Assembly: GCA_963817385.1 (NCBI GenBank)
Contig: CAWFOM010000003.1
Location: 1-64,000 of the forward strand
Direction: 5' to 3'
Origin: an uncultured delta proteobacterium
Lineage (GTDB): Bacteria > Desulfobacterota > Syntrophia > Syntrophales > UBA5619
Length of the DNA: 64,000 nt
Position numbers and translations under genes: made by a program. Below the pieces are notes generated by a model that worked only from the letters and a program-made list of their open reading frames with translations, did not search any database and had not been told where the DNA came from. This document shows, piece after piece, positions 49,507 through 59,126 of the stretch (position 1 is its first letter; each line of letters starts with the position of its first letter).

Positions 49507-50680
49507 CTATGAATATGCCTCCTGGTAGAGCTCGACCATCTCCTCGAGCGTCATCTTGCAGGGGTTGTTGGCCAGGGGCCGGGCCACCGTCATCGCCACC
49601 TTCGCCATCTCGGCGAAATCGTCCTCGGGGATCTGCAGCTCCTCGAGCGTCGTCATGATCGCCGCAGTCCTCGATCAGGGACTCCACCGCCTCCACGGCG
49701 AGATAGGCCGCCTCCCGAAGCGGCAGGCCCTCGACGACCTCGCCCATCGCCTCCGCGATGATCGCGAACTTCTCCAGGGCGCCGGGGAGGTTGAAGGCCA
49801 TCACCCGGGGGAGCATGATCGTGTTGGCAAGCCCGTGGGAGATCCCGTAGCGCCCGCCGAGCGGGTAGGAGAGCGAGTGGACCGCCGTCACACCGGCGTT
49901 GGCGAGCCCGAGGCCCGCGTAGAGGCTCCCGAGGAGCATCGCCTCCCGCGCCTCGATGTTCGCGCCGTCATGGACCGCCGTCCGCAGGTTGTCGGAGATG
50001 AGCCCGATCGCCTCGAGCGAGATCATCTCGCTCATCGGCGAGGCGTTGATCGAGGTGTAGGATTCGATGGCGTGGCAGAGGGCGTCGATCCCCGTCGCCG
50101 CCGTGGGGTGGGGCGGAAGCGAAAGCGTCAGCTCCGGGTCGAGGAGGGCCAGCTCCGGGTAGAGGTACGGGCTGTTCATTCCCTCCTTCTTCTTGAGCTT
50201 CTTCCGGATGAAGACGGAGGTGAAGGTCACCTCGCTCCCCGTTCCGGCCGTCGTCGGGATCATGATCTTGGGAAGCCCCGGGCCGGGGACGCGGTTCAGG
50301 CCCAGGAAATCCTCGGCTTTGGCGTTGTTCGCCGCGAGGACGGCGATCGCCTTGGCGAGGTCCATGGCGCTCCCGCCGCCGATGCCGACGACGCCGTCGC
50401 ATTTCTTCTTCAGGGCGATCTTCGTCCCCTCGTCCGCCAGCTCCAGCGGCGGCTCCGGTTCCGTCTTGTCGGTGAGGGTGTATTTCAGCCGCGTCTGATC
50501 CAGGAGGGCGGCCACCTTCTCGCGAAAGCCGGTCTGGGCCAGGTTCCTGTCGATGACGATCAGCGGCCGGGTCACCTTCTGCTCCGCGAGCTGCTCCGGC
50601 AGGGAGGCGAAACTCCCCCGGCCGAAGACGATCTTTTTTGCGCCGGTAAAGGAAAATGTCTTCATGGCTGTTGTCTCCAT
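49507..50680 (-). CDS. Iron-containing alcohol dehydrogenase, KdnB-like by position (apparent +1 frameshift near 49660)
   Basis: KIVFGRGSF, GIGGGSAMD, PTTAGTGSE, DALCHAIES, HSLSY, HGLAN; true C-terminus IMTTLEELQI...LANNP...ELYQEAYS* lies in the adjacent frame. Confidence 0.85.
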
Positions 50681-50714
50681 TTTTCTGTGTAAATACGAGC
50701 CCGACGGCGGAAAG

Positions 50715-51452
50715 TCAAGAGTTTTTGCGCTCCTTGTGGTCCCCGTACCACTCGATCTGCCGGCAGATCCCCCGGATGATCTTCACCTCCCGCGCCTGGA
50801 GGGTGGTCCGGGCCAGGAGGCGGCGGATGTGCATCATCCAGTAGTCGGGGTTCTCCGGGTTGAGAAAGCCGATCGCCTGGAGGATTGCCTTGAGCTGGGT
50901 ATACATCCCTTCGAGCTCCCGGGTGCTGGCGAGTTTCGGAAGGAATTGCACGTCATCGCCCATCCGGGCGAGAAGGAGCTCGTAGCAGAGGATCATCACC
51001 GCGTGGGAGAGGTTCAGGGATTTGAACGCCACCGTCGGAATCGTCACGACCATCTGGCAGAAGCGGAGGTCGTCGTTGGTGAGCCCCGTGTCCTCCGGAC
51101 CGAAGAGGAGCGCGATCCGGTTTTCCCGCGAGACGGCGATGAGTTCCTCGGCCATCCGGCGCGGGGAGAGGCAGGGGCCCCGACCCGACCCCTGCCGCGC
51201 CGTCGTTCCGACGACCCATTCGAAGCCCGCCAGCGCCTCGTCGAGGGTGTCGAAGTGGCGGATCCCGTCCACGATCTCCTTCGATTCGTGGGTGGCCATC
51301 TGGCGGACCGCCTCGTCGTCGAGGTCCCGGTTCCCCACCACGATGAGCTTGCCGATCCCCATGTTGTTGGCGCAGCGGGCCGCCGAGCCGACATTCCCGG
51401 GAAATTTCGGACCCTTCAGGACGATGGTGACATTGTCGAGACTCACCTGCAT
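50715..51452 (-). CDS. trmJ: TrmJ/LasT family SPOUT RNA methyltransferase
   Basis: PGNVGSAAR, VVGTTAR, LLFGPEDTGLTN, SLNLSHAV. Confidence 0.85.
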   Translation of the reverse strand: MQVSLDNVTIVLKGPKFPGNVGSAARCANNMGIGKLIVVGNRDLDDEAVRQMATHESKEIVDGIRHFDTLDEALAGFEWVVGTTARQGSGRGPCLSPRRMAEELIAVSRENRIALLFGPEDTGLTNDDLRFCQMVVTIPTVAFKSLNLSHAVMILCYELLLARMGDDVQFLPKLASTRELEGMYTQLKAILQAIGFLNPENPDYWMMHIRRLLARTTLQAREVKIIRGICRQIEWYGDHKERKNS

Positions 51453-51453
51453 G

Positions 51454-52129
51454 CTACATCTTCTCCCAGCGGGCCGCAACAAACGCCCCGGTCTCACTCC
51501 CCTGCCTCTCCCGCTTCGATCCTCTCCATGTCGGCGGGGGGATCATCCTTCGCGAAATGGACCGCCGTCCGGCAGACGCCGGCAACGGGCGCCGCCGCAA
51601 GGAGCTCCGCGGGTGAGCGAAAGATCACCCGGTTGAAGACGGACTCCGGATCGTTCCGGGCGTTTTCCCGCCGCCGCAGCGCCCAGGGGCTCAGGCTGTT
51701 GAGCGTCGCCACGACGATGACGCCCCCCGGCTTCGTCACCCGGAAAAGCTCGGCGACGGCCCGCCCAGCGTCCGCGACGAACTCGAGGGCGGTCACGGAG
51801 ACGGTCTTGTCGAAGGCACAGTCTGCGAAAGGGATATGCACCATGTCCGCCGCCACCAGCCGCCCGGCCAGGGCCGCGTTGGTCGCCGCCGCCCGGCGGA
51901 GCATCGCCCGAGAGATGTCGAGCCCCACGACGCCGGCCCCCCGGGCAAGGAATTCCCGGGTAAAGATCCCCGTGCCGCTCCCGGCATCGAGGATCAGTTC
52001 CCCCCGCCCCGGCCGGAGCATATCGAGGACGAGCGCGCTTTCATGCCGCAGGACCGCCTTCCCGAGCGGGGTCGCGAACCAGCGGTCGTACCGCTCCGGC
52101 CAATCGTCGAAAAGCTGTCTTCCGGTCAT
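51454..52129 (-). CDS. Class I SAM-dependent methyltransferase (probable frameshift near 51500)
   Basis: YDRWF, LDAGSGTG, GLDIS, FDKTVSVTALEF, KPGG. The track stops at 51494, but the adjacent frame gives SETGAFVAARWEKM* abutting trmJ. Confidence 0.8.
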
Positions 52130-52131
52130 CG

Positions 52132-53097
52132 CTATTTCTTATAGATGCGGGCGAGTTCCTTGTGCATCTCATACTCCTCACGCCAGAGTTTGCCGAACTC
52201 ATCCGGCCCGAGATAGTTGGGGGCATCGCCGAAACTCTTGAGCATGTTGATGACGGTTTTATCTTCGGTCATCTTCTTGAACGCCCCCGCCAGCTTGTCG
52301 ATCACCGGCCGGGGGGTTCCCTTGGGGGCCAGGATGCCCCGCCACATCAGGTAGACCACGTCGACGCCTTCTTCCCTCGCCGTGGGAACATCCGGGAAGT
52401 CGGCGTCGCGTTTATAATCGAGCACTGCCAGCATACGCAGTTTTCCCGCCTTGACCTGAGGAATGCTCTGGGCCGCAAATCCACCCGTCACGTCGATATG
52501 GCCGCCCAGAATGGCGATCAGTGCCGGCCCGCCTCCATCGTGAGGAACGACTTTGGAGGTGATTCCCGTCATTTTCATGATCTGTTTCCATGGCATATCG
52601 GCCGCTCCCCAGGGGCCCGTGTGGCCGTAGATGAGCTGCCCGGGATTTGCCTTGGCCCAGCCGATCATCTCCTTGAAGGTCTTAAACGGGGCATCGGGCC
52701 GGGCGGTGATGATCGTGGGGCTATAGTTGATCCGGCAGACCGCCATGAGATCATCCGGACCCTTCGAGCGTCCTTCGACAGCGGGAAGGGTGGTGTTCCA
52801 GCCCGGGCCGCCGGCGAGCAGGGTATAGCCGTCCGGCTGCGCCTTGGACACCAGTTCGGAGCCTATGGCGCCTCCGCCGCCGGATTTTATCTGGACGATG
52901 ACCGGCTGCCCCAGGTAGTCCGGGGCCACACTCACCACCGCCCGCATCGTCAGGTCGTGGGACCCCCCGGCCCCCATCGGATTGACCAGGATCACCGGTT
53001 TTGTCGGATAATCTTGGGCCTGAACCGCCGGATATCCTGTCAGTGAAAGGGTAACCAGGAACAATGCCACGATCTTTCCACTTGTTGCCTTACTCAT
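52132..53097 (-). CDS. Tripartite tricarboxylate transporter substrate-binding protein (TctC/Bug)
   Basis: Signal peptide, YPTKPV, GAGGSHD, PDGYTL, GGGPA, PDVPT. Confidence 0.92.
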   Translation of the reverse strand: MSKATSGKIVALFLVTLSLTGYPAVQAQDYPTKPVILVNPMGAGGSHDLTMRAVVSVAPDYLGQPVIVQIKSGGGGAIGSELVSKAQPDGYTLLAGGPGWNTTLPAVEGRSKGPDDLMAVCRINYSPTIITARPDAPFKTFKEMIGWAKANPGQLIYGHTGPWGAADMPWKQIMKMTGITSKVVPHDGGGPALIAILGGHIDVTGGFAAQSIPQVKAGKLRMLAVLDYKRDADFPDVPTAREEGVDVVYLMWRGILAPKGTPRPVIDKLAGAFKKMTEDKTVINMLKSFGDAPNYLGPDEFGKLWREEYEMHKELARIYKK

Positions 53098-53179
53098 GAC
53101 CGTTCTCCTTTCTCAGGGAAATCTGCTGCTCCCGCTTCCGTTTCCGTCACCCCGGCAGTCCAGCCCCTGCTGGAGAGTC

Positions 53180-53632
53180 TCACTTCTTGCCCGATCCGAA
53201 CCCGGGATCGACATGCGGGCCCGCCATCGTTCCGTCAGCCGCCATCCCGATGATGCCATGGGACATGTCCTTGCAGGTGAAGAAAAGGACATCTTCCTCT
53301 GGCAGGGCTTGGATATAGTGGACGATGTTGGCCGGCAGGTAGACCAGCGTGCCGGGGCCTTCGACCCGTTCGGGCTGCCCGTCGACACTCATGCGGGCCC
53401 TGCCTTTGATCAGATAGATCCACTGCTCGTTCGGATGGGTATGGGCGCGCGCGCCGGTGCCGCGCGGCATCGAGATCAGGCCGACCTGGATCCGCTCACC
53501 CTCCACAACCGGCCCGACGGCACTCGAGTAGCCGACGCCGGCCTCCATCCGCTGAAGTCCCGCGAGATCGAATATGTAGTTGCCGTTACCGCCCTTGACC
53601 GCCCCTTTGTTCTTCGTATCCGCACTGCTCAT
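53180..53632 (-). CDS. Cupin domain protein
   Basis: HTHPNEQ and PANIVH metal-binding motifs. Confidence 0.88.
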   Translation of the reverse strand: MSSADTKNKGAVKGGNGNYIFDLAGLQRMEAGVGYSSAVGPVVEGERIQVGLISMPRGTGARAHTHPNEQWIYLIKGRARMSVDGQPERVEGPGTLVYLPANIVHYIQALPEEDVLFFTCKDMSHGIIGMAADGTMAGPHVDPGFGSGKK

Positions 53633-53783
53633 CTGTTCCCCCTATGATGATTCGCCGTATCAGTGTACGGGTCTTGGCGTGACATGCGTAATTTATGTAA
53701 AATCGCGCGGTTTTTAAGTCAAGGAAAAACCGCTGTTCAGGCGGTTCTTTTTTGTGATAAGAAACGGCTCACGGGGGTGCGTC

Positions 53784-54281
53784 GTGGAGGATCTTGTCCG
53801 GGCAGCCGGGGAAAAATGCGAGGGATACCGTCTGATGGGGTATCACTGTTCGGAATCCGTCATCCGGGCGTGCTCCGAGGTCTTAGGGATCCGCTTGCCC
53901 GAGGATGTCCTGCGGGTATCGAGCGGTTTCCGAGGCGGCGGAGGCGGTTACGGAGATCGGTGCGGGGTCACCGAAGCGGGCATCATCCTGATCTCCTACC
54001 GGTACGGACGGACCGATCCGGAAACCGACGTCTCCGGCTACAGTTACCTGATCAGGCTCCTCCATGAACGGTTCAACACGGAGATGGGCAGCTACTACTG
54101 CCGGGTCCTGAAGCCGTTCGCCTATTACCTCAGCGGTCCGGCCCAGAACTGCTCCCACGTCTATGTAAAGGGGGCCCAGATCGTCATGAAGCTTCTTCTG
54201 GAGGCGGACCGGTTGATCCGGGAGATGCCCGAGAGCGAACGGTACGTCAAAAAAGGCGCCGCTGCCCCCGCCAAAATCTGA
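53784..54281 (+). CDS. C-GCAxxG-C-C family putative redox protein
   Basis: GYHCSESV, SGFRGGGG..RCGVTEAG, SYYCRVL, NCSHV. Confidence 0.8.
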   Translation: MEDLVRAAGEKCEGYRLMGYHCSESVIRACSEVLGIRLPEDVLRVSSGFRGGGGGYGDRCGVTEAGIILISYRYGRTDPETDVSGYSYLIRLLHERFNTEMGSYYCRVLKPFAYYLSGPAQNCSHVYVKGAQIVMKLLLEADRLIREMPESERYVKKGAAAPAKI

Positions 54282-54436
54282 GGCGCAGAAAAAACTCCTG
54301 CCAAAGCGACGCTTCTGACTTCAACGAACCATCGGCGCCGGCGGCGAAAAGGATCGCCGGTTCTATCATATGGCGGGAATCTTCTTGAATCGCTTCCGTC
54401 GCGGCCGGCGGCGGGGCGATGGGACTGCCGGCAACG

Positions 54437-55534
54437 TTACGGTTTCACCCCGGTCTTCAGGTAGCGCTTGAGTGATGCGGGCGGGAGGGTGTCGATCCCG
54501 AGCGCCGCAAGATCGCGGCCTCCGGCGGCGAAGTCCCGGCCGAGGAGCGCCGAGCCGAGCGTGATCAGCGACCGGGCGATCGGCATCTCCACCCCGACCG
54601 GTTCCGCCAGCGCCGCCCACATCGCCAGTCCGTAAGGGAGATCCTCGGTCAGCCAGCGCGTGTCGAGCTGTCCGGGGGCGCGCAGCGCGGTCAGCATCCG
54701 CGATCCGTTGATGACCGACCACAGATCGCCGCGCGGCCCGAAGCCGGCTTTCGCAAAGGCCTCCGCAACGGGCGTGAGCGCAATGCCGTATGCGCTCCCC
54801 AGCGCCAGCCGCTCCCGGTCGAGCGCCTCGATCACCCGGACGACCCCCGGGGTCACCCCCTCTTCGTAGAAGTAAAACTCCCCCCGCGACCGCTCCACGC
54901 GCCCGGCGTTCAATAATACCCCCGGGGGATGCACGATCGGATTGAGCGCGGCGAGCCCCGCCTCCAGGACATAATCGTAGGCCGACGCCCCGGGAAAGAG
55001 GAGGGTCATCGTTTCCATCGCCTCCGCCGTCCGCATGGCCGGGAAGGCGCCGATCCCAAGGGCGGGGACGATCCCCCAGATGACGGCCCGGTCCGGCGCG
55101 ATTTTCCTGCAGACATACGGGGCGGTGTCCGATTCGACGAGGACGCAGCCGGGCGAACCGGCCTTGCGCAGGATCGTTGCGAATTCGAGGGTCCCGAGAT
55201 TCCCCGGGAGTAGCGCGATAAGTTGGCCGGCCCCGATAACCGGGGCGAAGGCCTCGGCGAACGGCTTATGGGCATAGGAGGGAACCGAACAGATGAGGCG
55301 ATCCGACCACGCGGCCGCCTCGCGGGCGTCGGTCGTCAGGCCGGCGAGCCGCGCCGCACCGTTCAGCGTAGGCCCCTCGAGATGGATCGTCAGGGTCCCG
55401 CGCAGGGGTTCGATCGTCCGGGAGAAATCGGGATGCTCCCAGAGCAGGACCTCAAAGCCGTCGAGGCTCAGTTTTGCCGCGATGCTGAAGGCGGTATTCC
55501 CGCCGCCGAGAACCGTCACCCGTCCCTTCATCAT
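54437..55534 (-). CDS. NAD/NADP opine (octopine/nopaline) dehydrogenase family protein
   Basis: VLGGGNTA, PYVCR, NPIVHPP, FYFYEEG, DRERLALG, EDLPYGL. Confidence 0.88.
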   Translation of the reverse strand: MMKGRVTVLGGGNTAFSIAAKLSLDGFEVLLWEHPDFSRTIEPLRGTLTIHLEGPTLNGAARLAGLTTDAREAAAWSDRLICSVPSYAHKPFAEAFAPVIGAGQLIALLPGNLGTLEFATILRKAGSPGCVLVESDTAPYVCRKIAPDRAVIWGIVPALGIGAFPAMRTAEAMETMTLLFPGASAYDYVLEAGLAALNPIVHPPGVLLNAGRVERSRGEFYFYEEGVTPGVVRVIEALDRERLALGSAYGIALTPVAEAFAKAGFGPRGDLWSVINGSRMLTALRAPGQLDTRWLTEDLPYGLAMWAALAEPVGVEMPIARSLITLGSALLGRDFAAGGRDLAALGIDTLPPASLKRYLKTGVKP

Positions 55535-55574
55535 CTCCCCCTCCTTTTGCGCTATGAACATCCCGCGGGCGGAC

Positions 55575-56210
55575 TCACCGCTCTACGAACCGTCTGGCCA
55601 TCTCCACGGCGGCCACGGCGTCCCGGCCATAGCCGTCGGCGCCGATCCGCGCGGCATAGGCCGCGTCCAATGGAGCCCCGCCCACCATGATCCGCACCTG
55701 GTCGCGGAGCCTCCTGGCAGTGATGGCCGCAATGATCGCCCCCATCTCCGGCATCGTCGTCGTCAGAAGGGAGGAAATCCCGATGACATCCGGATTCTCC
55801 TCCTCGATGCCCCGGATCACCTTCGCCACATCAACGTCGACGCCGAGGTCGACCACTCGGAAACCGGCCCCTTCGAGCATCATCACGACGATGTTCTTTC
55901 CGATATCGTGGAGATCCCCCTTGACGGTGGCCATGAGGATGGTTCCGGTCGGCGCCGCGCCGCCGGAGGCGAGCAGGGGTTTCAGGATATCGAGACCCTT
56001 TTTCATCGTAAAAGCGGCAACAAGCATCTCCGGGACGAAGATCTCCCCGGCGCCGTACCTCCGGCCGACTTCATCCATCGCGGCGATGAGTCCGCCGTTC
56101 ATGACGGCGGCAGGTGGGACGCCCGCAGCAATCGCATCCCCGATGCGGGCCTCGATCTCCCGGTGGAGCCCTCCGATCACCGCCTCTCTGATTACGTTCA
56201 CTTCCTGCAT
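55575..56210 (-). CDS. Corrinoid (B12-binding) protein of a methyltransferase system
   Basis: Cap domain GEIFVPEML; TVKGDLHDIGKNIV (DxHxxG), SSLLTTT, VGGAP. Confidence 0.93.
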   Translation of the reverse strand: MQEVNVIREAVIGGLHREIEARIGDAIAAGVPPAAVMNGGLIAAMDEVGRRYGAGEIFVPEMLVAAFTMKKGLDILKPLLASGGAAPTGTILMATVKGDLHDIGKNIVVMMLEGAGFRVVDLGVDVDVAKVIRGIEEENPDVIGISSLLTTTMPEMGAIIAAITARRLRDQVRIMVGGAPLDAAYAARIGADGYGRDAVAAVEMARRFVER

Positions 56211-56222
56211 GCAATCAGCTCC

Positions 56223-57233
56223 TCAATAACCCTCCCGGCAGGCCGCCGCAATCGCCTGGAGATTGGCCAGGGGCGTGGCAAGCGGGATGGCACACTCCGG
56301 GCCGATGATATCGACTCCCGCGTCGATCGCATACCGCGCTTGATTGTAAACATCCTCCGGCGTTCCCTGGAGGAGCGCCTTGGGATTGTTGACATTCCCC
56401 GCGAGCGAAACCCGGGAGCCGATCCGCTCCACGGCCGCCTTCGCGTCGACCTGCCACTCGAAATGGTAGGCGTCGACCCCCGAATCGGCGAAGAGCTCCA
56501 GGCGGTCGAGGCAGTTTCCGCAGACGTGGAGGATGATGGGCCCGTCGATCGCCGCGGTTATCTCCCGATGGAGGGGAAGGAGCAGGTCCCGGTAATGGTA
56601 GGGGCCGACGAGATTGCCCGTCGCATGGTCGGCAAGGACCACCGCATCGGCGCCGGCCCGGAGTTGGGCATTGGCGAAGGCGATGGTGAGGGGCATCAGT
56701 TGCCGGAGCATCCGCGTGACCTTCGTGGTCTCCCCGAGCCCCACCTGGAGGAGGAAATTCTGGGTCCCCGCGAGGTGATAGGAGAGAGTCCAGGGGCCCA
56801 TCACCTTGCCGATGATCCCTGCCCGCCCGCCGACCTCTCTCCGCAGGAGGGCGATCGCCTCCAGGACCGTGCGGAGCGAAGGCTTCTCCAGGATCGCCTC
56901 GGGAATCGTGACGTCGGAAAAATCGGCATTGGGGGCGTTTTTCGCATCGGGCATCCTCTCCGGAGATCCCCAGTCGACTTCGCAGCCGAGGGCGGCCGAT
57001 TCCTGGTGGACGCTGAACTCGGGCATGACCGTATCGAAACCGGCGATCTCGTGGCCCGCAATCGCCAGATCGGCCATGGCCCGGGGATTCAGATGCGCTT
57101 CGGGGAAAAAGGCGCCGCAGGACTTCATCAACTCTTCGCAGGCGATAGAGGTGGGGTTCCCGGCCGGCGGGCGCGCCCCGCGGCGACCGCCGAAGAGGGC
57201 CGACAGAAAGAGATGTTTGGGGGCGGTTCTCAT
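56223..57233 (-). CDS. MtaA/CmuA (UROD-like) methylcobamide methyltransferase
   Basis: FFPEAH, ESAALGC, GPWTL, Zn ligands ILHVCG and GPECAI. Confidence 0.88.
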   Translation of the reverse strand: MRTAPKHLFLSALFGGRRGARPPAGNPTSIACEELMKSCGAFFPEAHLNPRAMADLAIAGHEIAGFDTVMPEFSVHQESAALGCEVDWGSPERMPDAKNAPNADFSDVTIPEAILEKPSLRTVLEAIALLRREVGGRAGIIGKVMGPWTLSYHLAGTQNFLLQVGLGETTKVTRMLRQLMPLTIAFANAQLRAGADAVVLADHATGNLVGPYHYRDLLLPLHREITAAIDGPIILHVCGNCLDRLELFADSGVDAYHFEWQVDAKAAVERIGSRVSLAGNVNNPKALLQGTPEDVYNQARYAIDAGVDIIGPECAIPLATPLANLQAIAAACREGY

Positions 57234-57638
57234 ACCCTGTCCTTCTGAAGTTGCCGTTTCTCCCGGCAACGGAAATGCGGTTCGGTACAAACTCCTGGTT
57301 GCGCCCTCCGGCGCAGGCACAGGGGCGTTTGTTATTGCCCGCCGAGCCCGCGGCCTCGCGCATGGTGGCCGTGCGCCTGATTCACGCGGGAGTATAGGAA
57401 GAGGGCGCTAAGGTGTCAAGATAATTAAACCGCTATTGTTTCGCCATCCCCTGCCGGCTTCGACGCCGCGAAGTGGAGGAATTTTCCCCTTGACAGAAAG
57501 GGTCGCACCTCTTACCCTGTGCCCGCCAAAACAGGCATTTCTCCCCGTGAATACGAGATATGGGGATCGGCTGCACCGACCCCCGGCCAGCCCGAAAGGC
57601 TCGCTTGCAAGCGGGCAAAACGGATACCGATATACACG

Positions 57639-59048
57639 ATGAGCCCACGAACTTTGGCAGAAAGCGTATTGGAGGCGATCGACCGGTTTCTTATCCCGCC
57701 CTCCATAGACCCGGACGAGCGATCCCGGCGGCTGGCCTCCGGTTTTGCCGTCCTCGTCGCCGCTCCCGTACTCTTCTTCTTCGGCACGTTACACCTGCTC
57801 TCCGGAAACCCCGTCACCGGGTTTCTGGAAATCATCACCGCTGCAAGTTATACGTTCAGCTTCTTTTTCGGGAGCGTGCAGCGGAGGATCAAAACCCTCA
57901 TCAAGGTGAATCTTGGCTTGACGGGTTTCTTCCTCCTTTACGTGCTGCTCCACAGCGGTACCCGGGGACACGCGGTGTATTGGCTCTACCTCTTTCCCGT
58001 CGCTCTGTTTTTCCTGCTGGGCCCTCTCACCGGAATTCTCTACAACATAATTTTCCTCACCGGTGCAGCGGTGGTCTTGTTTGTCCTGCAGGGCGACATC
58101 ACCGGTACCGTACCCCTGGCGACAACATTTGCAGTGCGTTTTCTCATCTCGATGTGCATTCTTGTCCTCATCACCTACGGGTACGAGGCGGTCCGGGAAC
58201 GGTATCGGGTCGAAGTGAAAGAGAAACAGCGGATGCTGGAGGAGGAGAAGGCGAAACTCCTGGTTGCCAAGCACGAGGCCGAACAGGCGAGTCTCGCCAA
58301 GTCCCAGTTCCTCGCGAACATGAGCCACGAACTGCGTACGCCCCTCAACGCCATCATCGGCTTTACGGAGCTCCTGGCGGAGCGCCATGCGGGGGAGCTC
58401 AACCCCACCCAGGAGGAGTACCTCGCGAATGTACTCCAAAGCAGCCGCCATCTGCTGGCGCTCATCAGCGATGTCCTGGATCTCGCCAAGGTGGAGGCGG
58501 GACGGATGGAGCTGGAAATCGGCAAGGTAAACCTCGAGGGGCTTCTGGACGGGAGCCTGATCATGATCAGGGAGAGGGCCCGCAAACAGGGCGTTGCGCT
58601 GGAGACGAAACTTGACGGCCTCCCCGCCACTATCCGGGCGGATGAGCGCAAGCTCAAGCAGATCGTTGATAACTTGCTTTCCAACGCGGTGAAGTTCACC
58701 CCGGACGGAGGGCGGGTGACCGTCAGCGGGAAGATCCTGCGCCGGGAGAACGGTCGTTGGCCGGACCATGAGGGGGACGGGCTACCGGCATCCGTCGCCG
58801 GGGGCGACGAATCCTGGCTCAAGATTGCCGTGGCGGACACGGGGATCGGGATCCCCCGGGAGGACCTGGAGAGGATCTTCGAGCCCTTCGAGCAGGGGGA
58901 CGGCTCGACCACCCGCCGCTTCCAGGGGACGGGGCTGGGGCTTTCCCTGACCCGGAAGCTGGTGGCGCTGCACGGAGGGGCCGTCTGGGCCGAGAGTGCC
59001 GGCCTTAAGCAGGGCGCCACGGTGAGCTTCGTGATCCCCCTGAGATAA
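57639..59048 (+). CDS. Membrane sensor histidine kinase (orphan)
   Basis: Multi-TM N-terminus; FLANMSHELRTPLN, NLLSNAVKFT, DTGIGI, GTGLGL. Confidence 0.93.
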   Translation: MSPRTLAESVLEAIDRFLIPPSIDPDERSRRLASGFAVLVAAPVLFFFGTLHLLSGNPVTGFLEIITAASYTFSFFFGSVQRRIKTLIKVNLGLTGFFLLYVLLHSGTRGHAVYWLYLFPVALFFLLGPLTGILYNIIFLTGAAVVLFVLQGDITGTVPLATTFAVRFLISMCILVLITYGYEAVRERYRVEVKEKQRMLEEEKAKLLVAKHEAEQASLAKSQFLANMSHELRTPLNAIIGFTELLAERHAGELNPTQEEYLANVLQSSRHLLALISDVLDLAKVEAGRMELEIGKVNLEGLLDGSLIMIRERARKQGVALETKLDGLPATIRADERKLKQIVDNLLSNAVKFTPDGGRVTVSGKILRRENGRWPDHEGDGLPASVAGGDESWLKIAVADTGIGIPREDLERIFEPFEQGDGSTTRRFQGTGLGLSLTRKLVALHGGAVWAESAGLKQGATVSFVIPLR

Positions 59049-59126
59049 GCAACCGGCGGATAAAACTCCTTGGCATCCCAGACCGCTTTTCTTATTCTCA
59101 ACCCACCCAAAACAAGTTCTTATCAG

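Noticed and set aside
49253..49660. Novel C-terminal domain on the 475-aa alcohol dehydrogenase
   Set aside because: It results from a +1 frameshift reading through the repeat element; the normal C-terminus is in the adjacent frame and ends at 49507.
51494..51496. TGA of the SAM methyltransferase as a second selenocysteine
   Set aside because: It is not in a redox motif, readthrough gives only a short unconvincing tail, and a one-base frameshift gives a more plausible C-terminus.
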